From the IMG/VR virus record IMGVR_UViG_3300024493_000316: DNA of 64,000 nt; one strand, 5' to 3'. Source of the DNA: an uncultured virus (IMG/VR IMGVR_UViG_3300024493_000316) (lineage: Duplodnaviria > Heunggongvirae > Uroviricota > Caudoviricetes). Of the stretch, positions 10,208 to 17,702 are shown piece after piece. A program made the translations under genes and the position numbers. Within the stretch, counting starts at the first letter, position 1. Every line of letters starts with the position of its first letter. A model generated the notes under the pieces. The model did no database searches, was not told the DNA's origin, and saw nothing but the letters and a program-made list of their open reading frames with translations.

Positions 10208-10486
10208 ATGGAGAAAAGCGGCATGACTTGGCTCGACACAGACCATTTTGTCGGCGGCACCCTGGTGCACGCTCGCCTTTATCAAGGCATGGATCGGGAG
10301 GATCTGGCCGAAGCCGCCGGCATTCCTTTCCAGCGGATAGTCAAGTTCGAGCGCGGGGACGCCGCGCCCACCAAGGCCGAGGAGCAAAAGCTCGCCGACG
10401 CGCTCGACGTCCTGCCAGGATTTTTCTATCAAGTGAACGAGAATCCGCCCCAGCCGGAGGACGTGCATATACACATAAGGAAGTAG
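10208..10486 (+). CDS. XRE-family HTH transcriptional regulator
   Basis: ARLYQGMDREDLAEAAGIPFQRIVKFERG...LADALDV HTH_3 pattern. Confidence 0.8.
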   Translation: MEKSGMTWLDTDHFVGGTLVHARLYQGMDREDLAEAAGIPFQRIVKFERGDAAPTKAEEQKLADALDVLPGFFYQVNENPPQPEDVHIHIRK

Positions 10487-10853
10487 CCCAATATAAATAC
10501 GCTACGGAGGCCGGAGCGTTGGGTAGGTTCAGCGATGTCTTGTCTTTTGTTTTTGTTAAACGCAAACAACTGCCCCTATTATACTCCGATTCGCGGCGCG
10601 GCGCAAGTCCGAATACATATAAAGTTTATGCCTATCAGCTCATTATGTTAAAAAAATGAGGAAAATTTAACTTATCGGCTCATTTTGAGCCGGCTGGTAA
10701 AGGCGGTTAGAATAACGGGCGGGCGGCGCAGGTTTGCAAAATTGGTATTATACTTGCAAAAAAACATAAAGCATACTGATAAAAACGCAAAAAGTCGCGG
10801 GCGGTGGCGGATTTCTGCGGACTTAGCGGGGCAAAAATAATTGAAAAAAGTGC

Positions 10854-10888
10854 TTGACTTCTTATTGTTATTACTCTACAATAACAAT
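10854..10888 (+). promoter_or_regulatory. Sigma70 promoter and palindromic operator of the brnTA operon
   Basis: TTGACT(10854)-17 nt-TACAAT(10877); perfect inverted repeat attgttatt(10864-10872)/aataacaat(10880-10888). Confidence 0.7.
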
Positions 10889-11185
10889 ATGACGAACGAA
10901 ACGAACGAAAAATATTCTTGGGATCCCGAAAAGCGGGAGCGGAACATAAGGGATCGTGGGCTGGATATAGTTAGGCTTGCCGATGGAGTTTTCGGCGATC
11001 CTAACGTGGCTCTTGAGGTTGATCCAAAGCCGAATGACGACAACGAAGTGCGTTTTCTGGCGTTCGGGTTAGTGGACGGCGAGAGGCTCTGCCTATGCTA
11101 CACGCCACGCGAGGATAAGTTGCACCTCATAACGATTTTCAAACTTCGAGAAAGAACATGGAGAAAACATTATGGCAAAAATTGA
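10889..11185 (+). CDS. brnT: BrnT-family toxin
   Basis: YSWDPEKRERNIRDRGL..., E.RF.A.G, YTPR...LITI pattern; overlaps antitoxin gene. Confidence 0.8.
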   Translation: MTNETNEKYSWDPEKRERNIRDRGLDIVRLADGVFGDPNVALEVDPKPNDDNEVRFLAFGLVDGERLCLCYTPREDKLHLITIFKLRERTWRKHYGKN

Positions 11186-11513
11186 AACAATGACTAGCCA
11201 AGAAATACGGGAAAAATATGGCACCCCGGAGGAAAAGGCTATAACGAAAAAAATGCTGAAGGACGCGCCGGAATTCGATGAAGTCCCTTTCAAGGGCAAG
11301 CGGATTGGCCGAGGTTTTGCGGCGTTCAAGGAATATATCAACCGCAAGGGGCGGCCTAAGGCCGAAGACCCAAAGGTCGGTATAGCAATTCGGATTCCTC
11401 TTTCCAAAGCGGCATGGCTACGCGAAACCGGCCCTGGCTGGCAAACGCGTGCGGGCGAGCTTATAGTCGAAGCAGTCGAACGCGAAGCGCCAGAACTCCG
11501 CCGTCAAGCATAA
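11172..11513 (+). CDS. brnA: BrnA-family antitoxin
   Basis: GRPKAEDPKVGIAIRI...W.RETGPGWQTR RHH motif. Confidence 0.85.
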   Translation: MAKIETMTSQEIREKYGTPEEKAITKKMLKDAPEFDEVPFKGKRIGRGFAAFKEYINRKGRPKAEDPKVGIAIRIPLSKAAWLRETGPGWQTRAGELIVEAVEREAPELRRQA

Positions 11514-11522
11514 AAAAAGACC

Positions 11523-11556
11523 CGCCCCCTGCTTTCACACAGGGGGCGTTTTTGTT
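11523..11556 (+). terminator. Rho-independent terminator
   Basis: cgccccctg-ctttcaca-cagggggcg followed by T-rich tract, A-tract upstream. Confidence 0.7.
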
Positions 11557-11613
11557 TGACTTCTGTCCTATCCGTTTGTATCATAACCCAGACATAAGCA
11601 AAGGATTACCACC

Positions 11614-11808
11614 ATGACAGCAGCAAAGCTACAACTCAATATCGGCGTTGACACACTACTGGATTGCCTCACGCAAGGCATGAAAGACCTTGACGATGGC
11701 CGCGACTTGGGTAAGAATCCCAGCGGGGTCTATGCCGTCCGCGCAATGGAGCTGCTCTGCCAATATGCCAAGGAAAACGGCGGCTTCATCGAGCATAAGG
11801 ACGACTAG
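11614..11808 (+). CDS. Hypothetical protein
   Basis: 64-aa ORF with AAGGA RBS. Confidence 0.45.
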   Translation: MTAAKLQLNIGVDTLLDCLTQGMKDLDDGRDLGKNPSGVYAVRAMELLCQYAKENGGFIEHKDD

Positions 11809-12221
11809 TCAACCCATTTGCCGGTCTTGACGATCTTCTCGGCCTGCGCCAGCGTGAAGCCGAAGCGGAACAGGGAGGCGTTCTCGTCCTCGACATAGTG
11901 GCTTTCGCGCACGCCGCCCGCGCCCTCCTCCTCGGACACGAGGGCAAGGCCGTCCTCTATCTCCACCCGCGAGGTTTTCGCGCCCTTGACCCAGCTCTTG
12001 CCGTCTTTGGCATACTCATACAGGCCGTCCTCCTCCACGACATACTTCGTGTCATCGCCGACCTTGTATTCCGTGCCGACCTCGACCGGCTCCGCGTCCT
12101 GCTTCCACATGAAGCGGTTTTCGATTAGGTTCTTGATAGTGTCGAGAGCCTCTGCTTTCATCGGGCAGGCCTCCATAGACAGGCAGTTCTTGAAGTCTTG
12201 CTTTGTTTGGTATGTAGCCAT
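11805..12221 (-). CDS. Phage hypothetical protein (possible fibre-associated chaperone)
   Basis: GGAGG RBS before ATG 12221; acidic; C-terminal EDENASLFRFGFT. Confidence 0.6.
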   Translation of the reverse strand: MATYQTKQDFKNCLSMEACPMKAEALDTIKNLIENRFMWKQDAEPVEVGTEYKVGDDTKYVVEEDGLYEYAKDGKSWVKGAKTSRVEIEDGLALVSEEEGAGGVRESHYVEDENASLFRFGFTLAQAEKIVKTGKWVD

Positions 12222-12312
12222 AATAGCCTCCTTTTTTGGGGTTAAAAACATGATTACTTTGCGAATTTCATTTACAACGAAATTCACAACGAAAATATTA
12301 AAATCGTAAAGT

Positions 12313-12687
12313 TCAAGTGAAAGAGTAGAAGTATCGCCCGTCGCGTTGGACTTTCTCGATCGTGGCTTCCAAGGGCAGCTCGTCCTTGCACTCCTCCAGC
12401 TGCTTCAACAGCACTACGGAGCCGGAGAACGACACATAACGCTCGCCCTCAAACTCATACTGGATCGTGAGGCAGTCGCCGCTCTTGTCGGCGTATTTGC
12501 TCTTTTTGACGCGATAGGCCAAGACGAATATCGGCTTGCCGATAATCTCCTCGATTTTCTTCTTCTTGCCGTCAAGGGTTGGTGCGCCCTTATAGACATC
12601 TCTGAACCGCTTGCGAGGCCTGCCGTCAGAGTTGTCCGGCGGCGGCGGGGGCGAACTTGCGTTCGAGTCTTTTTCGAAGTCCGACAT
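12313..12687 (-). CDS. Small protein overlapping the DGR RT 3' end (candidate non-Avd accessory factor)
   Basis: 124 aa, GGAGG RBS, 62-bp overlap with RT; beta-strand-like pattern, not the helical Avd pattern. Confidence 0.65.
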   Translation of the reverse strand: MSDFEKDSNASSPPPPPDNSDGRPRKRFRDVYKGAPTLDGKKKKIEEIIGKPIFVLAYRVKKSKYADKSGDCLTIQYEFEGERYVSFSGSVVLLKQLEECKDELPLEATIEKVQRDGRYFYSFT

Positions 12688-13705
12688 TTTTACATTCCTC
12701 CATGAGTTCGTCCAGTTTGATTGAAACGGAAAGGTTGCGGGTGTTCGCGGGTTTCAGCCAGCCGTAGGTAGAGCCGATTGACGAGCGAAAGGTGTCAAAA
12801 GAGATTTTGCCCGCCTCATACTGGCGGGGCAGCCTCTTTATGCGGCGTATGACCCGCCGCGCGGTGGATTTGCGGAGCAGGACATAGCTCTTTCCGTTCC
12901 GGCGAAAATGCCGGTAGCCGAGGAAATCCACCCCTTGATACACGGGGAAGACATCGCACTTCGAGAACTTGAGTTTGAGGTGGTCTTGCAGGAACTCCCT
13001 CATGCGCCGCGCCGCCTCGTGCAGCTCGGCCTTGTTGTCCGAAAACAGGCAGAAATCATCACAATAGCGCACATACGCGCTCACTTTCAGCTCGTCCAGC
13101 ACGAAGCGGTCAAGCTCGTTCAGATACAGGTTGCCGAACCATTGGCTCGTGTAGTTGCCGATAGGCACATTCTTACCTCCGGGGAACGAGGACACGATGT
13201 CGCGCATGAGCCACAGCACATCGGGGTCTTTGATTTTCCGCTCGATTATCCGCATGAGAACCTCTTGGTCGATCGAGGGGTAGAACTTCGAGATGTCGCA
13301 CTTCAAGCAGTAGTCGTAGCGCATGACGAGATCCATTGTCCTCGCGCTTCCGGCCTTGCCGCCTTTGCCGACCCTGCAAGCGTAGGAGTGGTCATAGAAC
13401 ATACCCTCCCAGATAGGCGACACGACATTCATAAGCGCGTGCTGGATTATGCGGTCGGGAAAGAACGGCAAAACATAGATGAGCCGTTCTTTCGGCTCAT
13501 AGACCTTTTTCGTGCAGTAGGGAGAAGTCTTGTAGGTCTTGGATATTAGGAGCTGGCGGCAATGCTCCAGCTTGCCCTCTTTGTCGGTTAGGAAGCGTAT
13601 GACATTGTGCTTGCTCTTTTTGCCGAGCATGGCTTTATGAAGAGCAATCTCGAAGTTTTCCTTAGAGATTATCCGCTCCCATAACCGGCCATGTCGTTTC
13701 GCCAT
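12626..13705 (-). CDS. DGR reverse transcriptase
   Basis: YEPKER, DRIIQHA, KCDISKFYPSI, VPIGNYTSQWFGNLYL (DGR SQ motif), YVRYCDDF, GVDFLGY; adjacent TR/VR. Confidence 0.97.
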   Translation of the reverse strand: MAKRHGRLWERIISKENFEIALHKAMLGKKSKHNVIRFLTDKEGKLEHCRQLLISKTYKTSPYCTKKVYEPKERLIYVLPFFPDRIIQHALMNVVSPIWEGMFYDHSYACRVGKGGKAGSARTMDLVMRYDYCLKCDISKFYPSIDQEVLMRIIERKIKDPDVLWLMRDIVSSFPGGKNVPIGNYTSQWFGNLYLNELDRFVLDELKVSAYVRYCDDFCLFSDNKAELHEAARRMREFLQDHLKLKFSKCDVFPVYQGVDFLGYRHFRRNGKSYVLLRKSTARRVIRRIKRLPRQYEAGKISFDTFRSSIGSTYGWLKPANTRNLSVSIKLDELMEECKNVGLRKRLERKFAPAAAGQL

Positions 13706-13842
13706 TTTTTGTTGGGGTTCAAACTTTCGGTTGCCCTACTAGCTCAAACCCCACTCCTTTTCGTGTTCTGCCTCCGCCTTGCGGCTTCGACATGGATTTG
13801 CGTTCAGCCGTGGAGTTAGGAAAGCTCTTTATTCTCCTCGTA
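13706..13842 (-). ncRNA. DGR spacer RNA (3' part of the TR transcript)
   Basis: Non-coding TR-RT interval with stems ggggtttgagct/agtttgaacccc around AGTAG..GAA and a gcc-GCAA-ggc hairpin. Confidence 0.6.
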
Positions 13843-13955
13843 TCGCCCCGCGCGTGCCGATATTCGTATTCACGTGGACACGCAAATTGTTAGCATTGAA
13901 GCAGCGAGAGCCGCAATTCGACCCATTGTCCCAATTGCCTCCTGCCAGCAACGCA
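13843..13955 (-). repeat. DGR template repeat (TR), 113 bp
   Basis: Aligns to VR with all mismatches at TR adenines; reads ALLAGGNWDNGSNCGSRCFNANNLRVHVNTNIGTRGA with 8 AAY codons. Confidence 0.97.
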
Positions 13956-14059
13956 GGAACGGCGCGGCGCGGGATTAAACGCATACCCCGTTTGCTCTCG
14001 CAAACTTTATGGATTCTACCCTATTTCAAGGACTTTTTCCACAAAAAAATATAACCGAT

Positions 14060-14113
14060 TCGCGCTTCGCGCGAGGGCTATCGCCCCACCCCAGCCCTCC
14101 CCAAAGGGGAGGG
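14060..14113 (-). promoter_or_regulatory. Two GC-rich DNA hairpins downstream of VR (DGR homing cruciform candidates)
   Basis: Coding strand: ccctcccc-ttt-ggggaggg (14095-14113) and tcgcgc-GAA-gcgcga (14060-14074). Confidence 0.75.
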
Positions 14114-14144
14114 AGCGTGTTGCGCCCATGCGCCCCTGCGAGCA

Positions 14145-15443
14145 TTACGGTAAGCGCACTCCACGGCTCGCCCCGCGCGCGCCGACAACCGTATACACGC
14201 GGACACGCAAAAAGTAAGCACAGAAGCANNCACGCAAAACGTAAGCATAGAAGCAGCGAGAGCCGCAAAACGACCCATCGCCCCAAGAGCCCCCCGCCAG
14301 CAACGCATAGGTTTCGCCATATAACTGGCCTTTGCCTCCAAGCTGGCTTTTCTGATGGTGGTTGTTAGTGTCCCCAATGCTTAGAGGGTCATACTCGGCA
14401 GCCGCACCTGCTTGTCCAGACCAGTTGCGTATTGTGGAGTTTCCGCTCGCACAAGAGGATTTGACCCATGTCCACCATACTCCGGCAGGGTCTTCTATGA
14501 AGAACTTGCTTATCATGCGGTTGCCATTCGTAGCTGTATGCCCGCCCGCCGTATTTGGGCTTGCGTTGCCTTGGATATTGACCTCCTGCGGGCAACCTTC
14601 CATTGCGGCGGAGAACTGGTCGCTGTCGAGCAGCTCAAGGCCGGCATTTGACAGATAATCTTGGCACTCGCCATATTGCTTTGACACTTGAACCGTATTC
14701 CCGAATTTTGACACATACTTATTGCCTTCAAGCGAGGAGAAGTATATCCCTACGAAGGTGTCGAGGAAATCAACAAAGGCCATACCGGGAGTGCCGAAGC
14801 CAGCCGCAGGGAAAAACTTGCGCGTTTGTATTGAGTTCGGGATTATATCCCCATAGTTGAACCCCGCCGCAGGGTGCGCCACGGATCCAACGACGCTTCC
14901 CGTGCTGTTCTGCATTTGCGTATTGCTGACGCTCTGGCAAAGGGTATGCACCATTCCTATGCAATACGAGTCCGCAGTCGTGTAGCCGGTTGGCGCGACC
15001 GCGTTGACATCGGACACCAGCGCAAACGAAGTTCCAGTCCACACCACATAGATGTAGATGTCCTTGCCTTGCGGCCAAGCCGTAGTGCCTACATAGATCG
15101 CCTGCGCGTCTATCTCTGTATCTTGATTGACATTAAAACGCTTGTGATCCGCGTCCGCAAACGAGATTGCCTTGGAAATAGGGTTGATGATGAGCTTGCG
15201 CCGGTTGGCCGAGCCTGCCACGGGCTTGATATAGTCCGGCACGCTCGCCATGAGGTCGCGCATGAGCCACGGAAGTGCGTTTGCAGCGTCTTCCCTCATC
15301 ATAGGATAGCCGCCGTCTTTCAATCCGTCATGCAAGACAATGGTCTTTTTATCCGTGTCAACGGTCGTTTCCCAAGGCTGGTCGCCGTGGAAGCTCTCGT
15401 GTTCGAGGGTTGTGCCGTATCGCCTTTGGACTGATTCTGCCAT
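14145..15443 (-). CDS. DGR target: major tropism determinant-like receptor-binding protein (Mtd N-terminal domain, C-terminal CLec-fold)
   Basis: N-terminal VDTDKKTIVLHDGLKDGGYP; C-terminal ED..G..W.W and LLAGGSW...CGSR; VR at the 3' end. Confidence 0.9.
   Translation of the reverse strand: MAESVQRRYGTTLEHESFHGDQPWETTVDTDKKTIVLHDGLKDGGYPMMREDAANALPWLMRDLMASVPDYIKPVAGSANRRKLIINPISKAISFADADHKRFNVNQDTEIDAQAIYVGTTAWPQGKDIYIYVVWTGTSFALVSDVNAVAPTGYTTADSYCIGMVHTLCQSVSNTQMQNSTGSVVGSVAHPAAGFNYGDIIPNSIQTRKFFPAAGFGTPGMAFVDFLDTFVGIYFSSLEGNKYVSKFGNTVQVSKQYGECQDYLSNAGLELLDSDQFSAAMEGCPQEVNIQGNASPNTAGGHTATNGNRMISKFFIEDPAGVWWTWVKSSCASGNSTIRNWSGQAGAAAEYDPLSIGDTNNHHQKSQLGGKGQLYGETYALLAGGSWGDGSFCGSRCFYAYVLRXCFCAYFLRVRVYTVVGARGASRGVRLP
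14168..14307 (-). repeat. DGR variable repeat (VR), with NN gap and a 25-bp allele duplication
   Basis: 113-bp TR homology plus 27 nt (NN at 14229-14230 and a second copy at 14231-14255). Confidence 0.95.
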
Positions 15444-15464
15444 GATGTTCTCCTGTTTTTAGGG

Positions 15465-15920
15465 TTAAAAGGGTTGAAAAATTCGGGTTGTGCGGGATTT
15501 CGGGTCGCCGGTTTCACTCCAGCCCCCGCGATCGAGATGAACCCAGCCGCTTGTCGGCTTCTTGTTCGGGGCGCAGGTGTGCGTGTAGAGCGGGCATTCC
15601 ATATACAGGTCGCACTCGGCCAGCCACGCTAGGTTGTTCATCACCCACCGTGCGAACGCCCCGTCCGTGTCCTGTATATCCATGCCAAGGGCAAAGTGGT
15701 GCGGCGAGTTGGTCGCCCCGCCCGCAGGCTGCACGCCGGACGGATCGCGCCATAGGCAGTTGCAGATGAGGGGCTTCGGGTATCGCTCCACGAACTTGTT
15801 GACCCGCCTTTGGGTTTCCTCCAAGTTCGCCATAGTCTTGGCCGGTATCTTGGCCGCGTCGTGATAAGTGCCAGCCGCGCGGTCTTTGATTAGGCACTCG
15901 CGCAAAGAAAAGTTTGCCAT
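15465..15920 (-). CDS. Endolysin, peptidase M15-like
   Basis: R...GATNSPH...GMDI and GWVHLD Zn-peptidase motifs; AGGAG RBS. Confidence 0.75.
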   Translation of the reverse strand: MANFSLRECLIKDRAAGTYHDAAKIPAKTMANLEETQRRVNKFVERYPKPLICNCLWRDPSGVQPAGGATNSPHHFALGMDIQDTDGAFARWVMNNLAWLAECDLYMECPLYTHTCAPNKKPTSGWVHLDRGGWSETGDPKSRTTRIFQPF

Positions 15921-15922
15921 GA

Positions 15923-16387
15923 TTATCTCCTGTTTTTGATGTAAAGGTATGCACCGGCGGCCAGAGCCAGCCCGATGAGGACAAGCCACACGATCCACAT
16001 TCCGCTTTTGGTCGTAAGTTCCGCCTCCTGCTTCAACTCCGGCTCGGCGGTAATGACAGGCTTGACCTCCGCCTCGACCCGCGCGTCCGTCTTGACTATG
16101 TTGTTGTCGCCTTGAAGCGTGGTCTGGTGGATAGTTATGACGCGGTTGTCGGTAATCTGTATTACCGGCATTTCGGCCTTAGGCTCGACCTTGCCCCCGC
16201 AGCCCCAGAGCGCAAACAGCGCACCCAGCGCAAGCAGGACAATTAAAACCTTTCGCCCCTGGCTCCGCAGCCGCAGTCGGCGCGGCCTGCTGGCCTCGAT
16301 TTTCGCCTTTACAACAGCCTTTCCCCGCCGCATGGCCGCCGCAATTATGCCGACAACCATCGCCGCAAAAATCAGTTTCTGTATCAT
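15923..16387 (-). CDS. Putative spanin (lipobox plus C-terminal TM)
   Basis: LLALGALFALWGC lipobox-like segment; C-terminal WIVWLVLIGLALAAGAYLY TM; next to endolysin. Confidence 0.55.
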   Translation of the reverse strand: MIQKLIFAAMVVGIIAAAMRRGKAVVKAKIEASRPRRLRLRSQGRKVLIVLLALGALFALWGCGGKVEPKAEMPVIQITDNRVITIHQTTLQGDNNIVKTDARVEAEVKPVITAEPELKQEAELTTKSGMWIVWLVLIGLALAAGAYLYIKNRR

Positions 16388-16724
16388 TTTTTGACCCCTT
16401 TCGTTGTTCCAGTTCGTCTAATATCGCCGCGTCTATGTCTTGCAGTTGCAGGCTCGCCGTGGCAATTCTCTTTTGGTCGTGTTCCTTGAACCCGTCGCAT
16501 AGTTCTCTCGTGTAGTATTCCTTGTCGTTCCGCAGATGTAGCAGGACGCGCTTCATTGCCGTTCCTTGGCGTTGCGAACCTTGATAAGCTCGGTTTCGCG
16601 GTCGCAAAGGATTTTGTATTTTTCATGCCAAAAGCGGTCGCGCGGCTCTTTATACATCGCGTCTATCAAAGCCTGTATCTCTTTCAGAGTGGCTCCGGCT
16701 GGTATCTGATACATTTTGCTTGCC

Positions 16725-17438
16725 TCATTTAATCTCTATCCCGTTGAAGTGCTGGCCGGTGAGCTGGCCGTTCAGATGTAGGTAGTCGCGCACCATTTTC
16801 GAGTATTGCAGGGTTGCGAACAGGAACCACACCTGTATGAAGTCGTATGGCCGCACGCAGGTGTTTATCGCGTCCTCGAAGAAGTTGTTATAGACGCAGA
16901 TTTTCTGATGAAGAGTCTGTATCACATACTCTATCTTTTCTTTCGCCCAGCCCTGCGTGGCAAGCTCCGCCCGAATGGTATCCCGAAACTGCTGCCGGAA
17001 CAGGTCGAACCGGCGCAGGTGTTCGGCTTTTTCCTTGAAGAGCTTCCAGTTCTTTTTCTGCGGGTCTTGCTGGTCGAGATAAAACTGATTTATCGCGTTA
17101 TACAGCCCGCTAAAATAGTGCTTCGAGAGGTCAACATAGAGCGCGTTCCGGCCTATGTCGGCCACATAACATTCCTCCTGCGCCTTGAAAAGTATCCCAT
17201 ACATATTTTGCAAGAGGTGCCGCTCCTGCGCCTCCATGTTCTCGTATTTCGACTTGCCGAAAAGTTTGAGTATCCTGTTCAACTGGTCGGGAAAGTATTT
17301 GTTGCCCACGACAAGGAACCCGATTACAAAGCCCACGACCGCAATGCCTATAGCGTATGGATTGCCGCCGAGCAGCGCTTCCAAGAATACCTTGCCGAGA
17401 TTTACGCCCTCGACCTGCGCCTGATCTGCGATTACCAT
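16725..17438 (-). CDS. Membrane-anchored phage protein (possible holin/lysis regulator)
   Basis: Single N-terminal TM plus large soluble domain, located in the lysis region. Confidence 0.45.
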   Translation of the reverse strand: MVIADQAQVEGVNLGKVFLEALLGGNPYAIGIAVVGFVIGFLVVGNKYFPDQLNRILKLFGKSKYENMEAQERHLLQNMYGILFKAQEECYVADIGRNALYVDLSKHYFSGLYNAINQFYLDQQDPQKKNWKLFKEKAEHLRRFDLFRQQFRDTIRAELATQGWAKEKIEYVIQTLHQKICVYNNFFEDAINTCVRPYDFIQVWFLFATLQYSKMVRDYLHLNGQLTGQHFNGIEIK

Positions 17439-17467
17439 TTTTTACCCCTTGTTTTTATGGTGATGTC

Positions 17468-17683
17468 TTATAGATATATTTTCTCAAACAGCTCGTCGCG
17501 GAACTCCTCCGCTTCCTTTCTGCTGTCAAACTCTGCTGTCTTGCGGACAACCTTGCCGAAGGTGCTTTCGTCCCAGCATTGGTGCCACTTGCCCCCGTCC
17601 ATGCGCCTATAAAAAGGCGGCTCGTCCGTTCTCTCAAAATTCGGATAGAAGCACGGATTACACACATGAACTATTCTAGCCAT
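17468..17683 (-). CDS. Hypothetical protein
   Basis: GAGGGGG RBS before ATG 17683. Confidence 0.5.
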   Translation of the reverse strand: MARIVHVCNPCFYPNFERTDEPPFYRRMDGGKWHQCWDESTFGKVVRKTAEFDSRKEAEEFRDELFEKIYL

Positions 17684-17702
17684 AACGCCCCCTCGCTTTG
17701 CC

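Noticed and set aside
12626..13705. RT as group II intron, retron or CRISPR-associated RT
   Set aside because: It has the DGR SQ motif and an adjacent adenine-specific TR/VR pair; no maturase domain, msr-msd or cas genes are seen.
14229..14255. Real 27-nt insertion in the DGR target
   Set aside because: It contains NN and duplicates the neighbouring 25 bp; best explained as a scaffolding artefact.
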